Assembly: GCA_020853235.1 (NCBI GenBank)
Contig: JADYZG010000028.1
Location: forward strand, 1,881-65,880
DNA length: 64,000 bases
From: a bacterium
GTDB taxonomy: Bacteria; Patescibacteriota; Dojkabacteria; GCA-002793355
Direction: 5' to 3'
Shown: positions 54,915 through 64,000 of the stretch, piece by piece
Numbering within the stretch: the first letter of the stretch is position 1
Layout of the letters: every line of letters begins with the position of its first letter
Translations under genes and position numbers: made by a program
The notes under the pieces: generated by a model
What the model was told of the DNA's origin: nothing
The model's input: the letters and a program-made list of their open reading frames with translations, nothing else
Databases searched by the model: none

Positions 54915-56663
54915 ATGAGTAATACTGAACTTTCAAAACTACGATTATCTGCTGCGTATCTACTGGGAATGGCAGTTTTAGATTTGCATAAAGATGCAAA
55001 ATTAGGTACATGTGGAGTTACTGATTCTGGGTTCTACTACGATATCGAGTTCAGCGAGTCGATGAGTTCCGAGGGACTACCTGCTATCCAACAAAAGATA
55101 CAAGAATTCGTGAAATCAAATTTGAAATTTACTCTATCACAAAAAAATAAAGAAGAGGTAATTTCATATTTTACAGAAAAAGAACAACCATATAAACGAG
55201 AGGTTCTTGACGAGTCATCAGCAAAACGAGTTGGTGTCGTTTCAATCGGAGACGGTGCGTTTATGGATTTATCCGATGGTGATGTTGTTGCTGGAGCCTC
55301 GGTTTTAAAACATACAATATTGCTTGATGTTTCTGGTGCATACTGGAAAGGAGACGACAAACGAGCAATGCTTACTCGTATTTCTGGAACTTGTTTTGAA
55401 ACTGCAGAGGCACTCGATGATTTTGTCGAATTCACCGCTGAGGTGCTTCGCCGTGACCATCGAATTATGGGAAAAAAATTAGGGTATTTCTCTGTGGATC
55501 CGGGGATTGGCACAGGGTTAATTTTTTGGACACCACGAGGAAGGTTTGTTCGCGATTCACTGGCAGATTACCTTAAGGGTCATATGATACAACTAGGTGC
55601 CGAGTTGGTCGAAACGCCACTACTTGCAAGTACAGATCGAACAACGCTAATGATGCAACCCCAGTCGGAACAGTTAATTGCAAGACAGATAGGTGAGGAT
55701 TCGGAACGTTCGTATGCGGTTCGACAACAAGTTGTTGGCGCACATCTTACGATGTTTGGCTGGCAAGAGCGGAGTTATCGTGAGCTTCCTTGGAAAGTTG
55801 GCGAGATTGGAAAGTTAATACGATATGAGAAAATTAGCGAACTCGAGGGGCTACATAGGGCAAGAGAGTTTACACAGGATACCATCACAACGGTTTGTTC
55901 ACGAGAACAAATCGAGAAAGAGATTGAGTCGTTACTGTTACGGATGGTTCAGTTTTCTCGTGATTTAGGTTTTTGGGATTTTGAGATTCAATATCGTTTG
56001 CCAAAGCAAGAAACGAAAACTCAGAAAACGGATTATCAATTATTGGCGGCAGTTTTAAAGGGTATTTCTCGTAAACATTCAATTACAATTACTGAGGAAG
56101 TAACTGAAAGGAAAGTTACAGAAGCGGAAATAGTTCTTTCGGTTAAAGACTCATTGAAACAGAAAAGACGATGGTCAAAAATCCAAATTTTGTTTACATT
56201 GCCAATGGAGTATGAGGTTACTTATGTCGGTAGTGATGGTGAAAATCATGCTCCAGTTGTTATCAGATCCACAACAAGCGGTTCTTTAGAACGCGTTATT
56301 GCAACTTTGATTGAACACTACGCTGGAGTTCTACCTTTATGGCTTACCTATGAGCCTGTTCGTGTACTCCCTGTAACTAGTAAGCAGGAACTCTATGCTG
56401 AGAAAGTTGTAAAAATATTGAAAGATCGTGGTTTGCGAGCAACAATCGACATGGATCCAGAGCCACTAGAAGGCAAAATTAAGCAAGCAGAAGAAGATAA
56501 AGTTCCGTATATGATTGTTGTCGGAGAAAACGAGCAAACAACAAACACGATCTCGGTGCGAGTTCAAGGTCACGGCGTTATTGGACTTCTTGACATAGAA
56601 ACATTTATAAAGGATATTCAAGGTGAAATGCAAAGTAAATCATTTAAATCAGCTTTAGTGTAA
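54915..56663 (+). CDS. thrS: threonyl-tRNA synthetase homolog lacking the TGS domain, with substituted Zn-site and editing-site residues
   Basis: ThrRS architecture of SAD/editing-like domain, class II core and anticodon-binding domain. Flanking motifs are conserved (GFYYDIEF, RRDHRIMG, SYRELP, REFTQD, GSLERVIATLIEHYAG). It occupies the canonical position before infC-rpmI-rplT-pheST. Confidence 0.85.
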   Translation: MSNTELSKLRLSAAYLLGMAVLDLHKDAKLGTCGVTDSGFYYDIEFSESMSSEGLPAIQQKIQEFVKSNLKFTLSQKNKEEVISYFTEKEQPYKREVLDESSAKRVGVVSIGDGAFMDLSDGDVVAGASVLKHTILLDVSGAYWKGDDKRAMLTRISGTCFETAEALDDFVEFTAEVLRRDHRIMGKKLGYFSVDPGIGTGLIFWTPRGRFVRDSLADYLKGHMIQLGAELVETPLLASTDRTTLMMQPQSEQLIARQIGEDSERSYAVRQQVVGAHLTMFGWQERSYRELPWKVGEIGKLIRYEKISELEGLHRAREFTQDTITTVCSREQIEKEIESLLLRMVQFSRDLGFWDFEIQYRLPKQETKTQKTDYQLLAAVLKGISRKHSITITEEVTERKVTEAEIVLSVKDSLKQKRRWSKIQILFTLPMEYEVTYVGSDGENHAPVVIRSTTSGSLERVIATLIEHYAGVLPLWLTYEPVRVLPVTSKQELYAEKVVKILKDRGLRATIDMDPEPLEGKIKQAEEDKVPYMIVVGENEQTTNTISVRVQGHGVIGLLDIETFIKDIQGEMQSKSFKSALV

Positions 56664-57304
56664 TGGGAGATAAAAAATTTTCTTCATTTAGGTCGCGCGG
56701 AAATAGTGGTTCATATAACCGTTTTGGTGGGGGTAATAGTAATAGTGGTTATACTCGTTCAGGTGGTTACACGCCACGTCCAAGAATGCAGGTATTTGAT
56801 CCGCTTGAAAAAGAGTTTCCGAGGAACCAAGCTATTACTGTATCTGAAGTACGTGTTGTGGATGCACTCGGTGAAAACCTTGGTGTTATGTCGACAAATG
56901 ATGCAATTGCAAGAGCAGAAGCCAATGAAATGGATTTAGTTATGATTGCACCTCAAGCAAAACCACCAGTTTGCAAAATTATTACCTGGGAATCATTTAG
57001 ATATCAACACAAAAAGAAAGAAAAGGAAATCCGAAAACATCAGAAAACCGTCCAAGTTAAAGAAATCAAAATTAGTCCAAAAATTGCTGGTGGCGATCTA
57101 GACAGAAAAGTCGAGAAAATTATTGAGACAGTAACTAAAGGCGATCAAGCAAAAATTACCATCATGAGACGCTGGCCTGTAACTGAGGAAGCAGCCCGAA
57201 AATTCAAGGATGTTTTGTTGACAAAACTCGATGAATCCTGTACTATCATCAGCATTCAGGAAAAAGGTAAGAATATCTTCATCTTGGTTAAATCGAAAAA
57301 ATAA
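56663..57304 (+). CDS. infC: translation initiation factor IF-3 with a Gly/Ser/Arg/Asn-rich N-terminal extension
   Basis: IF-3 N-domain (ITVSEVRVVDALGENLGVMSTNDAIARAEANEMDLVMIAPQAKPPVCKI) and a C-domain. The ATG overlaps the thrS stop (TAATG). An internal ATG (MQVFDP...) is an alternative start. Confidence 0.9.
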   Translation: MGDKKFSSFRSRGNSGSYNRFGGGNSNSGYTRSGGYTPRPRMQVFDPLEKEFPRNQAITVSEVRVVDALGENLGVMSTNDAIARAEANEMDLVMIAPQAKPPVCKIITWESFRYQHKKKEKEIRKHQKTVQVKEIKISPKIAGGDLDRKVEKIIETVTKGDQAKITIMRRWPVTEEAARKFKDVLLTKLDESCTIISIQEKGKNIFILVKSKK

Positions 57305-57311
57305 ATAAGAG

Positions 57312-57503
57312 ATGCCAAAGCTCAAAACAAATAAAACATTAATGTCCCGAGTCAAAGTGACTCCAAATGGCAAATTGGTTAGGAAGCGAGCTTTTTCGGC
57401 ACACTTGCGTAGCAAGAAGACTTCGGCTGCACGTGCGAGGACAGGTGCAAAAAAAGTTGACTCGATTCGTAAGCATCCATGGGTTAAGTTACTACAAGGG
57501 TAA
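57312..57503 (+). CDS. rpmI: 50S ribosomal protein L35
   Basis: MPKLKTNK... in a 63-aa basic protein, in infC-rpmI-rplT order. Confidence 0.93.
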   Translation: MPKLKTNKTLMSRVKVTPNGKLVRKRAFSAHLRSKKTSAARARTGAKKVDSIRKHPWVKLLQG

Positions 57504-57505
57504 AT

Positions 57506-57844
57506 ATGAGAGTAAAAAGTGGTATTGTCACGGCACGTAGACATAGAAAAATATTAGATAGAGCAAAAGGATACAGATTGTCACACAGCTCCAATGTCCG
57601 TAAGGCGATTGAAACTCTTTTGCATGCAAAACAATATTCTTACGTTGACCGTAAAAAAAGAGCTGGCCAATTTAAAAAACTTTGGATTCAGCGTATCGGC
57701 ATTGCTTTAGAGAGCCTCGGAATTAGTTACTCAAAGTTTATGGCGAACCTAAAAACCGCGAAGGTTGCACTTAACAGAAAAATGTTAGCAGAATTAGCTG
57801 TTAAGCAACCAGAGATCTTTGCAAAGATCGCGAAATTAGGTTAG
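57506..57844 (+). CDS. rplT: 50S ribosomal protein L20
   Basis: MRVKSGIVTARRHRKIL...GY...YVDRKKR pattern in a 112-aa protein. Confidence 0.95.
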   Translation: MRVKSGIVTARRHRKILDRAKGYRLSHSSNVRKAIETLLHAKQYSYVDRKKRAGQFKKLWIQRIGIALESLGISYSKFMANLKTAKVALNRKMLAELAVKQPEIFAKIAKLG

Positions 57845-57854
57845 TCATAAAACA

Positions 57855-58919
57855 ATGACCATAAAAACAATCGATCGTTCGCTTGCTGCTATTACAAAGC
57901 AAGTTGCAACAAAACTTTCTCAGGTAAAAACTCTCGAAGATATATACGCTGTTCGTTCTGAGTTTACTGGTAAAACTAGTGTACTTACCCAATTATTGCA
58001 ATCATTAAAAGACGTTCCCACAGAAGATAGACCGACAATTGGAGCAAAAGTTAATCAGGCGAAAAAGGAAATAGAATCAATTATTGAGCGAGCCTTGTCG
58101 CTTATGATGAATAGAGAATCACTTCTAAAAGACGAAGTTCGTGACATTGACGTATCTGCACCATTTCACACAAACAATTCAAAAATTCCTGATTTTACAG
58201 GTATTGGTAGTATGCACCCGTTACAGTATGAGATTAACCGCATGCTAGATATCTTCACAACGATGGGGTTTACACCTTTTGAGGGGAGAGAATTGGAAAC
58301 AGATTATTACGTTTTCGACTCATTAAATATGCCAAAAGAGCATCCAGCTCGACAAAACTGGGATACATTTCGTACTGAAGACAATCTTATTCCTACACCA
58401 CATACCTCAAATATGCAGGTTCGTGTTATGCGACACTTAAAAGCTGCACCATTACGAGCGGTCATTTATGGACGTTGTTCTAGGAATGAAGCCGTTGATG
58501 CTGTCCATGGTCACACGTTCTATCAAATTGAAGGGTTATATATTGACAAGGGAGTAAGTATAAGTAACATGATTGGGACAATTAGTGCATTTGTAAATGC
58601 TTTTTTTGATAAAAATGTAACAAGTAAAATTCAACCAGGATATTTTCCATTCGTAGAGCCAGGAATTGAATATTTAGGGCAATGCCCGTTTTGTGATGGT
58701 AAAGGATGTAGTTCTTGTAAACATACGGGTTGGTTAGAATTGGTTGGTGCAGGCATGATTCATCCAAATGTACTGAGAGAGGGTGGATTTGATCCAGCTG
58801 TGTATAGTGGGTTCGCATGGGGGCTAGGACTTGATCGTATGGTTATGCAGCGAAATGGAATCCAAGATATACGATCCTTGTTCGCAAGTGACATAAGATT
58901 TCTTCAATCATCACTATGA
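57855..58919 (+). CDS. pheS: phenylalanine--tRNA ligase alpha subunit
   Basis: Motifs PTPHTSNMQVR, FYQIEG and GAGMIHPNVL, plus the CPFCDGKGCSSCKHTGWLE insert seen in some bacterial PheS proteins. Confidence 0.95.
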   Translation: MTIKTIDRSLAAITKQVATKLSQVKTLEDIYAVRSEFTGKTSVLTQLLQSLKDVPTEDRPTIGAKVNQAKKEIESIIERALSLMMNRESLLKDEVRDIDVSAPFHTNNSKIPDFTGIGSMHPLQYEINRMLDIFTTMGFTPFEGRELETDYYVFDSLNMPKEHPARQNWDTFRTEDNLIPTPHTSNMQVRVMRHLKAAPLRAVIYGRCSRNEAVDAVHGHTFYQIEGLYIDKGVSISNMIGTISAFVNAFFDKNVTSKIQPGYFPFVEPGIEYLGQCPFCDGKGCSSCKHTGWLELVGAGMIHPNVLREGGFDPAVYSGFAWGLGLDRMVMQRNGIQDIRSLFASDIRFLQSSL

Positions 58920-61492
58920 AATACTCGTTAAATCAAGTCAAGAAGTATGTTCCTGAGATTTCATCAATTCCCGTCGAGGAGTTAATCGCAAGAATTTGGG
59001 CTTCCATTGCAGAAGTTGAAAACGTCGAATATCTGTCCAAGAAATACGAAGGAGTGATAGTTGCTCGTGTCGAAAAAATAGAAAAGCATCCAAGATCTGA
59101 AAAATTAGTTGTTGCAACTGTAGATATTGGCAAAAAAACTCCGGTCACTGTCGTTACTGCAGCACATAATTTAGATGCTGGAGATTTTGTACCTTACATT
59201 CCGGTTGGTGGTCGTGTACTTGATGTTCATGCTAACACTAGTAAACAGATTGAAATCACCGTACGTGTGATGGCTGGCATCGATTCTATCGGAATGCTTG
59301 CGAGTGAAAAGGAGCTAGAACTCAGTGAGGACCACGAAGGCATTATGATTCTAAGACAAAACGAATTAAAGCATGAACTTGTTGCGGGTGAACCTATAGT
59401 AGACGCACTTGATTTAGACGACGTTATTTTCGAAATTGAGAATAAGTCACTAACACACAGAGGAGATTGTTTGTCTATAGCCGGAATTTCGAGAGAAATC
59501 GCCACACTATATAGTTTCGACTTAGTCCTTCCAGTGTGGCAGACTCCATCTGTAAATATCGCCGATATGGTTGGAGATGCTTTCCAAAAAGAACCTTCGG
59601 CCATTGTTACTGTTGAGGTGGCGGCTAAACCGGCTGTCGAGCGATATTCTACTATTGTACTGGATAATGTCCAAGTAACACCCTCGCCTCTGTGGCTACG
59701 AATATACCTTGGAAAGCACGGATTCAATTCAGTAAACAATATAGTTGATATTACCAACTATGTCATGATTGAGTACGGACAACCGATGCACGCGTTTGAT
59801 GCCTCGACAGTAATTCACAAAACGAGAAATGAAAAAATTACTTATCCACTTATTGTTCGCTATGCGCAGGCAGGAGAAACGATACTAACCTTAGATGGTA
59901 AAGAAAAAAAATTACCACAAATGGCAACCGTGATTGCAGACGAGAAAAAAGCATTAGCAATTGCAGGGATTATTGGTGGGCAAGAATCAGCCATCTCAGA
60001 AACTTCGACAAGAATTATACTCGAATCAGCCGTGTTCAATAAATATGCCATTAGGAATACAAGTATGAGTATTGGAACTACAACTGATGCATCCGTAATT
60101 TTTTCAAGAAAACAAGATCCAGAGAAAACAGTTAGAGCATTACTTCGCGCGGTACACTTATTAACAGAACTAGCTGGTGCGAAAGTAGTGTCAGACATTA
60201 CCGACATTTATTCCAAAACAAAAATAACGAATACACTCATCGTATCTCATGAGAAGGTTGAAGCATTTTTAGGGATTGCAGTATCTCCGACAAAAATTGT
60301 GCAAATTTTAGAAGGATTAGGGTGTCAGGTCGTTAAGAAAAACAATCTTTATAGGATGGAAACTCCAACATGGAGACCAGATATCGCAATCGATGAAGAT
60401 GTTTATGAAGAAATCGCACGAATGGTAGGATATGGAAATATAATCCCTGAATTGCCCAAACGAGGAATTTTCGGAGTTAGTCTTTCGCCATACGAAAAAG
60501 GTAAGCAAGCAACCCTAAGAGCGTTTACTGCACTTGGTATAAACCAAGGTATGAACTTTAGTTTTGTCAGCAAACAATTATACGAAAGGTGCTTATTGTC
60601 TATGAATGATGCCCGATCGGTTATCAATGCAATTTCCCCGGATGTGCAATACATGCGCAAACATTTAATTCCAGGTTTATTAGAGCAGTTTTCTAAGAAT
60701 CAGTATAATAGCGAGAAATTCGGTCTTTTTGAGCTTGGAAAGGTTTCGAGAAAAGGATTACATTACACGGGTATTTCTGTCGAAGATCTGCATATGCCAG
60801 AGTCGAGGTTCGGAATTGATGATCTTGGTCTACCAATTGAAGATGAACATGTTGCAATCGGAATTATTGATGACAGTCAGCAACCCGGATATTTTACCTT
60901 AAAGGAGGTCATTACGAGGTATGCTGAGTCAATGCACATATTACTTGAATTTATTCATCCAGACGAACTTACTGCAAAAGAAGTGAAGCAGTTACCTACT
61001 TGGGCGACAGAACTATTTCCTCTTTATAAAAAGGGGAGAATGGCAGTTGTTAGGAATGCTGGGACAAAAGATTTCTATGGTGTTATTGGCGAACCTGGAA
61101 CACTGGTCTTGAAAGAATTTGGTTTTACAAAGCAGGTTGCAATAGCCGAATTATCTCTATACAAGATTATTAGTACTGCTTCTTTTGAACCATTGTATAA
61201 AGAGCCGCCAAAGTTTCCTATTGTCACGGAAGATCTCTGTTTTGAAGTACCATTAGACGTGCAATATGCTGCAATTTTGAAGGTATTGACCGAAGTTTCT
61301 GATAATTTCGTTCAAGATGTTGTCATACGAATTTATCCGATAGACATATACCAGAAGAAAGAAGACAAGAAACAAGTGACAAATCGTGTGGTTTTTGCAC
61401 CTATAAAAGCATCATTATCTGATAGTCAGATTAAGAAATACCGAGAGCAATTTATTACAGGTATGCTTACCCTAAAAGGGAAATTAGTATAA
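58916..61492 (+). CDS. pheT: phenylalanine--tRNA ligase beta subunit
   Basis: 858 aa with an N-terminal tRNA-binding (EMAP-like) domain (KIEKHPRSEKLVVATVDIG). B3/4, B5 and FDX-ACB-like regions appear in order. It overlaps the pheS stop. Confidence 0.93.
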   Translation: MKYSLNQVKKYVPEISSIPVEELIARIWASIAEVENVEYLSKKYEGVIVARVEKIEKHPRSEKLVVATVDIGKKTPVTVVTAAHNLDAGDFVPYIPVGGRVLDVHANTSKQIEITVRVMAGIDSIGMLASEKELELSEDHEGIMILRQNELKHELVAGEPIVDALDLDDVIFEIENKSLTHRGDCLSIAGISREIATLYSFDLVLPVWQTPSVNIADMVGDAFQKEPSAIVTVEVAAKPAVERYSTIVLDNVQVTPSPLWLRIYLGKHGFNSVNNIVDITNYVMIEYGQPMHAFDASTVIHKTRNEKITYPLIVRYAQAGETILTLDGKEKKLPQMATVIADEKKALAIAGIIGGQESAISETSTRIILESAVFNKYAIRNTSMSIGTTTDASVIFSRKQDPEKTVRALLRAVHLLTELAGAKVVSDITDIYSKTKITNTLIVSHEKVEAFLGIAVSPTKIVQILEGLGCQVVKKNNLYRMETPTWRPDIAIDEDVYEEIARMVGYGNIIPELPKRGIFGVSLSPYEKGKQATLRAFTALGINQGMNFSFVSKQLYERCLLSMNDARSVINAISPDVQYMRKHLIPGLLEQFSKNQYNSEKFGLFELGKVSRKGLHYTGISVEDLHMPESRFGIDDLGLPIEDEHVAIGIIDDSQQPGYFTLKEVITRYAESMHILLEFIHPDELTAKEVKQLPTWATELFPLYKKGRMAVVRNAGTKDFYGVIGEPGTLVLKEFGFTKQVAIAELSLYKIISTASFEPLYKEPPKFPIVTEDLCFEVPLDVQYAAILKVLTEVSDNFVQDVVIRIYPIDIYQKKEDKKQVTNRVVFAPIKASLSDSQIKKYREQFITGMLTLKGKLV

Positions 61493-61509
61493 TCGTTTCC
61501 GATTTTCAA

Positions 61510-64000
61510 TTACGGCGTTGCTGTTGGAGTTGGTGTGGCTGTTGGAGTTGGTGATGGCAGTGTTACTACGATATTTCTAATGGCAGTAGCAGTTTTTGCT
61601 AAAGAATCTGTAGCTTTAGAAGTAATCAGAAGTGGCCCGGCAACGGCACTATTGGGAACTTTACAACCGATACAATTCCATTGCCCAGCGAGAAAGAGCG
61701 CACCATACGTGTTTCCGTCGATAGTAAACTCGACGCTGGAGATTCCATTACCAGAACTTGCAGTCACACTAGCAGAGATAAGGTCACCCGGTCCATAACT
61801 AGCGTTTTCAGCGGGGGTAATATATGAAATTGTTACATCAGGGATACATGGCTCTTCGGTAGGTTTATCTTCCCAAAGTTTGTATTTAAGTTTTTCTGTG
61901 ACATATTTCTCGTAGGCAGCTTGCTGGGCACTATTTGGTAGTTTGAAGTCTAGATATAGGGTATCTTTAATTAATCCTGCTGCACGAGCTTCGGTCTCGT
62001 TGCTAGCGATCTTCCCATTTTTTGTACAGATAGGCAGCTTTTTGTGTGCTGTGTCTGGTGCTGGCCCTTTTCCTTTAATGATAGGAGTGGTGAATTTGGA
62101 ACACTCGACACCGTTTGTTGCCGCAAGTCCAGTGTCTCGACAGACTGTCGTAAATGAAACTCCTGCAGGTTGTGTATAAAATTCTTTTCCATATTTTGGA
62201 ATTAGTCGCTTCATAATATTATTTGCAACTATGATAGGAACATTTTCAGACCACCCTGAAGTTCTGTCTCCGTTGTTATTTCCGTTCCATACACCGACAG
62301 TTAATCGAGGATAGTAGAGAAGCGTTACCAAGTCTTTCTGATCATTCGTGGTCCCAGTTTTACCACAGAGTTGCTGCCCGGAAGCCGTATAATACTGAGG
62401 TACGTGCTTGTCTTTATCTCCTCCAATCATGCACAACATCCAATTTAAAAGATAGACTTCTTCTTCTGAGAATACTCGCTTTGCAGTTTTCTCAGTCTGC
62501 GATTTAAAGACCTCTGTTCCTTTCGAATCAGTTACTCGAATGATTGTAGAGATGTCATGGCGAACCCCTTTGTTCGCAAATACTGCAAACGCGTTGGTAT
62601 GTTCAATTAATTTCATGTCTCCAGCACCGAGGGTTAGTGAGAGTCCATAGCGATCTCGCTGTGTTAGTGTTGTAATACCAAGTGCTTTTGCTGTATCAAG
62701 GAATACATCGGTTCCTCCAATCATTTGCAAGGTATACACTGCAGGTAAGTTCCTTGATTGGTTGAGTGCTCGACGCATGGTCAGCAATCCGTCGTATTTG
62801 AAATTCCAATTTTCTGGTTTATATGCTCCAAAAGTCATCTTAATATCCGGTGCAAGAGTTCCTGGATTGTACCCTTTATGAATTGCCGCCAAGTAGGTAT
62901 AAGGTTTGACAGAAGAACCCATTTGTCTCGGCATCACTGCAACATTAACTTTTCCATCAACGCGCTTATCTTTATTATTGTTATAGTCAACCGACCCAAC
63001 CATTGCTAGGATTTCACCGTTTTTTGGATTATTAATAACAACGGACCCATTGTAAACTTTATAAGCATTTTTGACATTATTAATGTGTTTCTTTAATTCT
63101 TCTTCTGCAATTTTTTGTGTATCCAAATCAAGAGTTGTATAAACTCGAAGACCACCTGCTCGTACTGCATCAGCACCGAACTGTGCTTCGAGTTGTTGAA
63201 TTACGTAGAAAACAAAATGAGGAGCAGTAATATTTACCTTTCCTGGAGTAATTGCTATCTCCTCGGCTTTGGCTGCAGTAATTTCTTCTTCTGTTACACC
63301 CGTTCTGTCTTTATATTTAAGCATAAGATCAAGTACGATATCTCGGTACTTTTTTACATTTTCAAAGTCTCCGTTATAGAGTGCATTGCTGTAAGCACCA
63401 GGAGCTCTGACGACTACAGAAAGTAATGCACTTTCTGCCAGTGTCATTTTGTCAATATCCTTATTAAAATATGCACGTGATGCAGTTTGAAATCCATATA
63501 CTGCGCCACCAAGGGGAACTTCATTCATGTAGAGTTCCAAAATTTGATCTTTGCTTAGCTTACTTTCTAATTGGAACGCCACCAAAATTTCTTTTAGTTT
63601 TCGACTAACATCTCGAGTATATGCATCATCGCCAAGTACTTTATAAAGAACAGTATTACGTGCTAGTTGTTGCGTAATTGTACTTGCACCGCGAGAACTT
63701 CTAGCACCTGTACGAATATAGTCAAATCCGGCGGAGAATAAACCGACCACGTCAATACCTTTATGTTCGTAAAATTCAATATCTTCCGCTGCGAGAAGTG
63801 CCCATCGTGTTTTTTCGGGAATCTTATCTAGTGCAACGAACTCTCGGTTAATATCCCCATATACCGTGTAAAGCAATTTTCCATTCCGATCAAAAATTTT
63901 GGTGCTTTGCTCCAGATCTTGTGTTGCGAGTTTTCCAGCATCTGGAAGTGAGGCATTGATTGTTCCGATGTACCCAGTTACAAGTATTGCGCTAATAATG
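61510..64000 (-). CDS. class A penicillin-binding protein (glycosyltransferase + transpeptidase), with the N-terminus beyond the window edge
   Basis: GT51 motifs (EDIEFYEHKGID, GASTITQQLARN), transpeptidase SSVKP, and KTGTT. A C-terminal Ig-like domain and a TPTPTATPTPTATP tail follow. The reading frame stays open upstream of the ORF-track Met at 63876 to position 64000. Confidence 0.9.
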   Translation of the reverse strand, partial: IISAILVTGYIGTINASLPDAGKLATQDLEQSTKIFDRNGKLLYTVYGDINREFVALDKIPEKTRWALLAAEDIEFYEHKGIDVVGLFSAGFDYIRTGARSSRGASTITQQLARNTVLYKVLGDDAYTRDVSRKLKEILVAFQLESKLSKDQILELYMNEVPLGGAVYGFQTASRAYFNKDIDKMTLAESALLSVVVRAPGAYSNALYNGDFENVKKYRDIVLDLMLKYKDRTGVTEEEITAAKAEEIAITPGKVNITAPHFVFYVIQQLEAQFGADAVRAGGLRVYTTLDLDTQKIAEEELKKHINNVKNAYKVYNGSVVINNPKNGEILAMVGSVDYNNNKDKRVDGKVNVAVMPRQMGSSVKPYTYLAAIHKGYNPGTLAPDIKMTFGAYKPENWNFKYDGLLTMRRALNQSRNLPAVYTLQMIGGTDVFLDTAKALGITTLTQRDRYGLSLTLGAGDMKLIEHTNAFAVFANKGVRHDISTIIRVTDSKGTEVFKSQTEKTAKRVFSEEEVYLLNWMLCMIGGDKDKHVPQYYTASGQQLCGKTGTTNDQKDLVTLLYYPRLTVGVWNGNNNGDRTSGWSENVPIIVANNIMKRLIPKYGKEFYTQPAGVSFTTVCRDTGLAATNGVECSKFTTPIIKGKGPAPDTAHKKLPICTKNGKIASNETEARAAGLIKDTLYLDFKLPNSAQQAAYEKYVTEKLKYKLWEDKPTEEPCIPDVTISYITPAENASYGPGDLISASVTASSGNGISSVEFTIDGNTYGALFLAGQWNCIGCKVPNSAVAGPLLITSKATDSLAKTATAIRNIVVTLPSPTPTATPTPTATP
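61519..61554. repeat. 2 x 18-nt tandem repeat encoding the (TPTPTA)n tail of the PBP
   Basis: GCTGTTGGAGTTGGTGTG / GCTGTTGGAGTTGGTGAT read directly from the sequence. This is a coding low-complexity linker. Confidence 0.8.

Noticed and set aside
55037-55513. 158-aa antisense ORF inside the thrS-like gene
   Set aside because: It is a shadow ORF opposite a frame with clear ThrRS homology. It has no start context and no motifs.
57098-57544. 148-aa minus-strand ORF spanning the infC 3' end, rpmI and the rplT 5' end
   Set aside because: It overlaps three conserved plus-strand genes of a universally conserved operon. Its composition is unlike the real proteins here.
59227-59757. 176-aa antisense ORF inside pheT
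   Set aside because: It is entirely embedded opposite a well-conserved pheT reading frame. It is Ser/Thr/Ile-rich and low in complexity, has no promoter or RBS context, and contains no recognisable motif. This is the typical shadow ORF of a coding region.
61519-61554. Short tandem DNA repeats considered as a possible CRISPR or other repeat array
   Set aside because: There are only two adjacent 18-nt units with no spacers, lying inside the PBP reading frame and encoding a TPTPTA linker. No CRISPR-like repeat-spacer pattern exists anywhere in the window.

Overview
Gene-dense bacterial chromosome window with about 65 CDS, 3 tRNAs, moderate-to-low GC by eye and very short or overlapping intergenic regions. 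It uses the standard code: TGA serves as a stop (tig, pheS, the SDR gene) and an SPF-motif RF2 is present. Content is mostly information processing and envelope housekeeping. This includes recA, recJ, gltX, dprA-topA-radC, rpsB-tsf-frr, rseP, two proS genes, rpsU-ybeY-pth-hpf, prfB-ftsE-ftsX-M23 peptidase, gpmI, murJ, gatCAB, def, tig, clpP, thrS-infC-rpmI-rplT-pheST and a class A PBP. Accessory content includes large secreted proteins and a cohesin/dockerin/sortase surface locus. Many conserved proteins are domain-reduced or carry unusual fusions, and biosynthetic genes are nearly absent. This fits a streamlined, possibly host-dependent CPR/Patescibacteria-like organism, but that placement is inference only. 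No transposases, integrases, CRISPR arrays or rRNA genes were seen. The observations I rate highest are: (1) a ThrRS homolog in the canonical thrS operon position that has lost all three Zn ligands and the editing-site residues; (2) a proline-specific T-box leader that looks translational, with an anti-SD rather than a terminator, placed ahead of (3) tandem bacterial-type and archaeal-type ProRS genes; (4) an FtsEX-linked M23 peptidase whose catalytic motifs appear circularly permuted; (5) a cohesin-dockerin-Ig-sortase surface locus with a recurring LPNxxG motif; (6) ribosomal protein S2 fused to a helix-hairpin-helix domain; (7) many TATAAT boxes 5-9 nt upstream of start codons, implying widespread leaderless mRNAs. 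All coordinates and motifs were read by eye from the sequence and ORF track. No database search was run.
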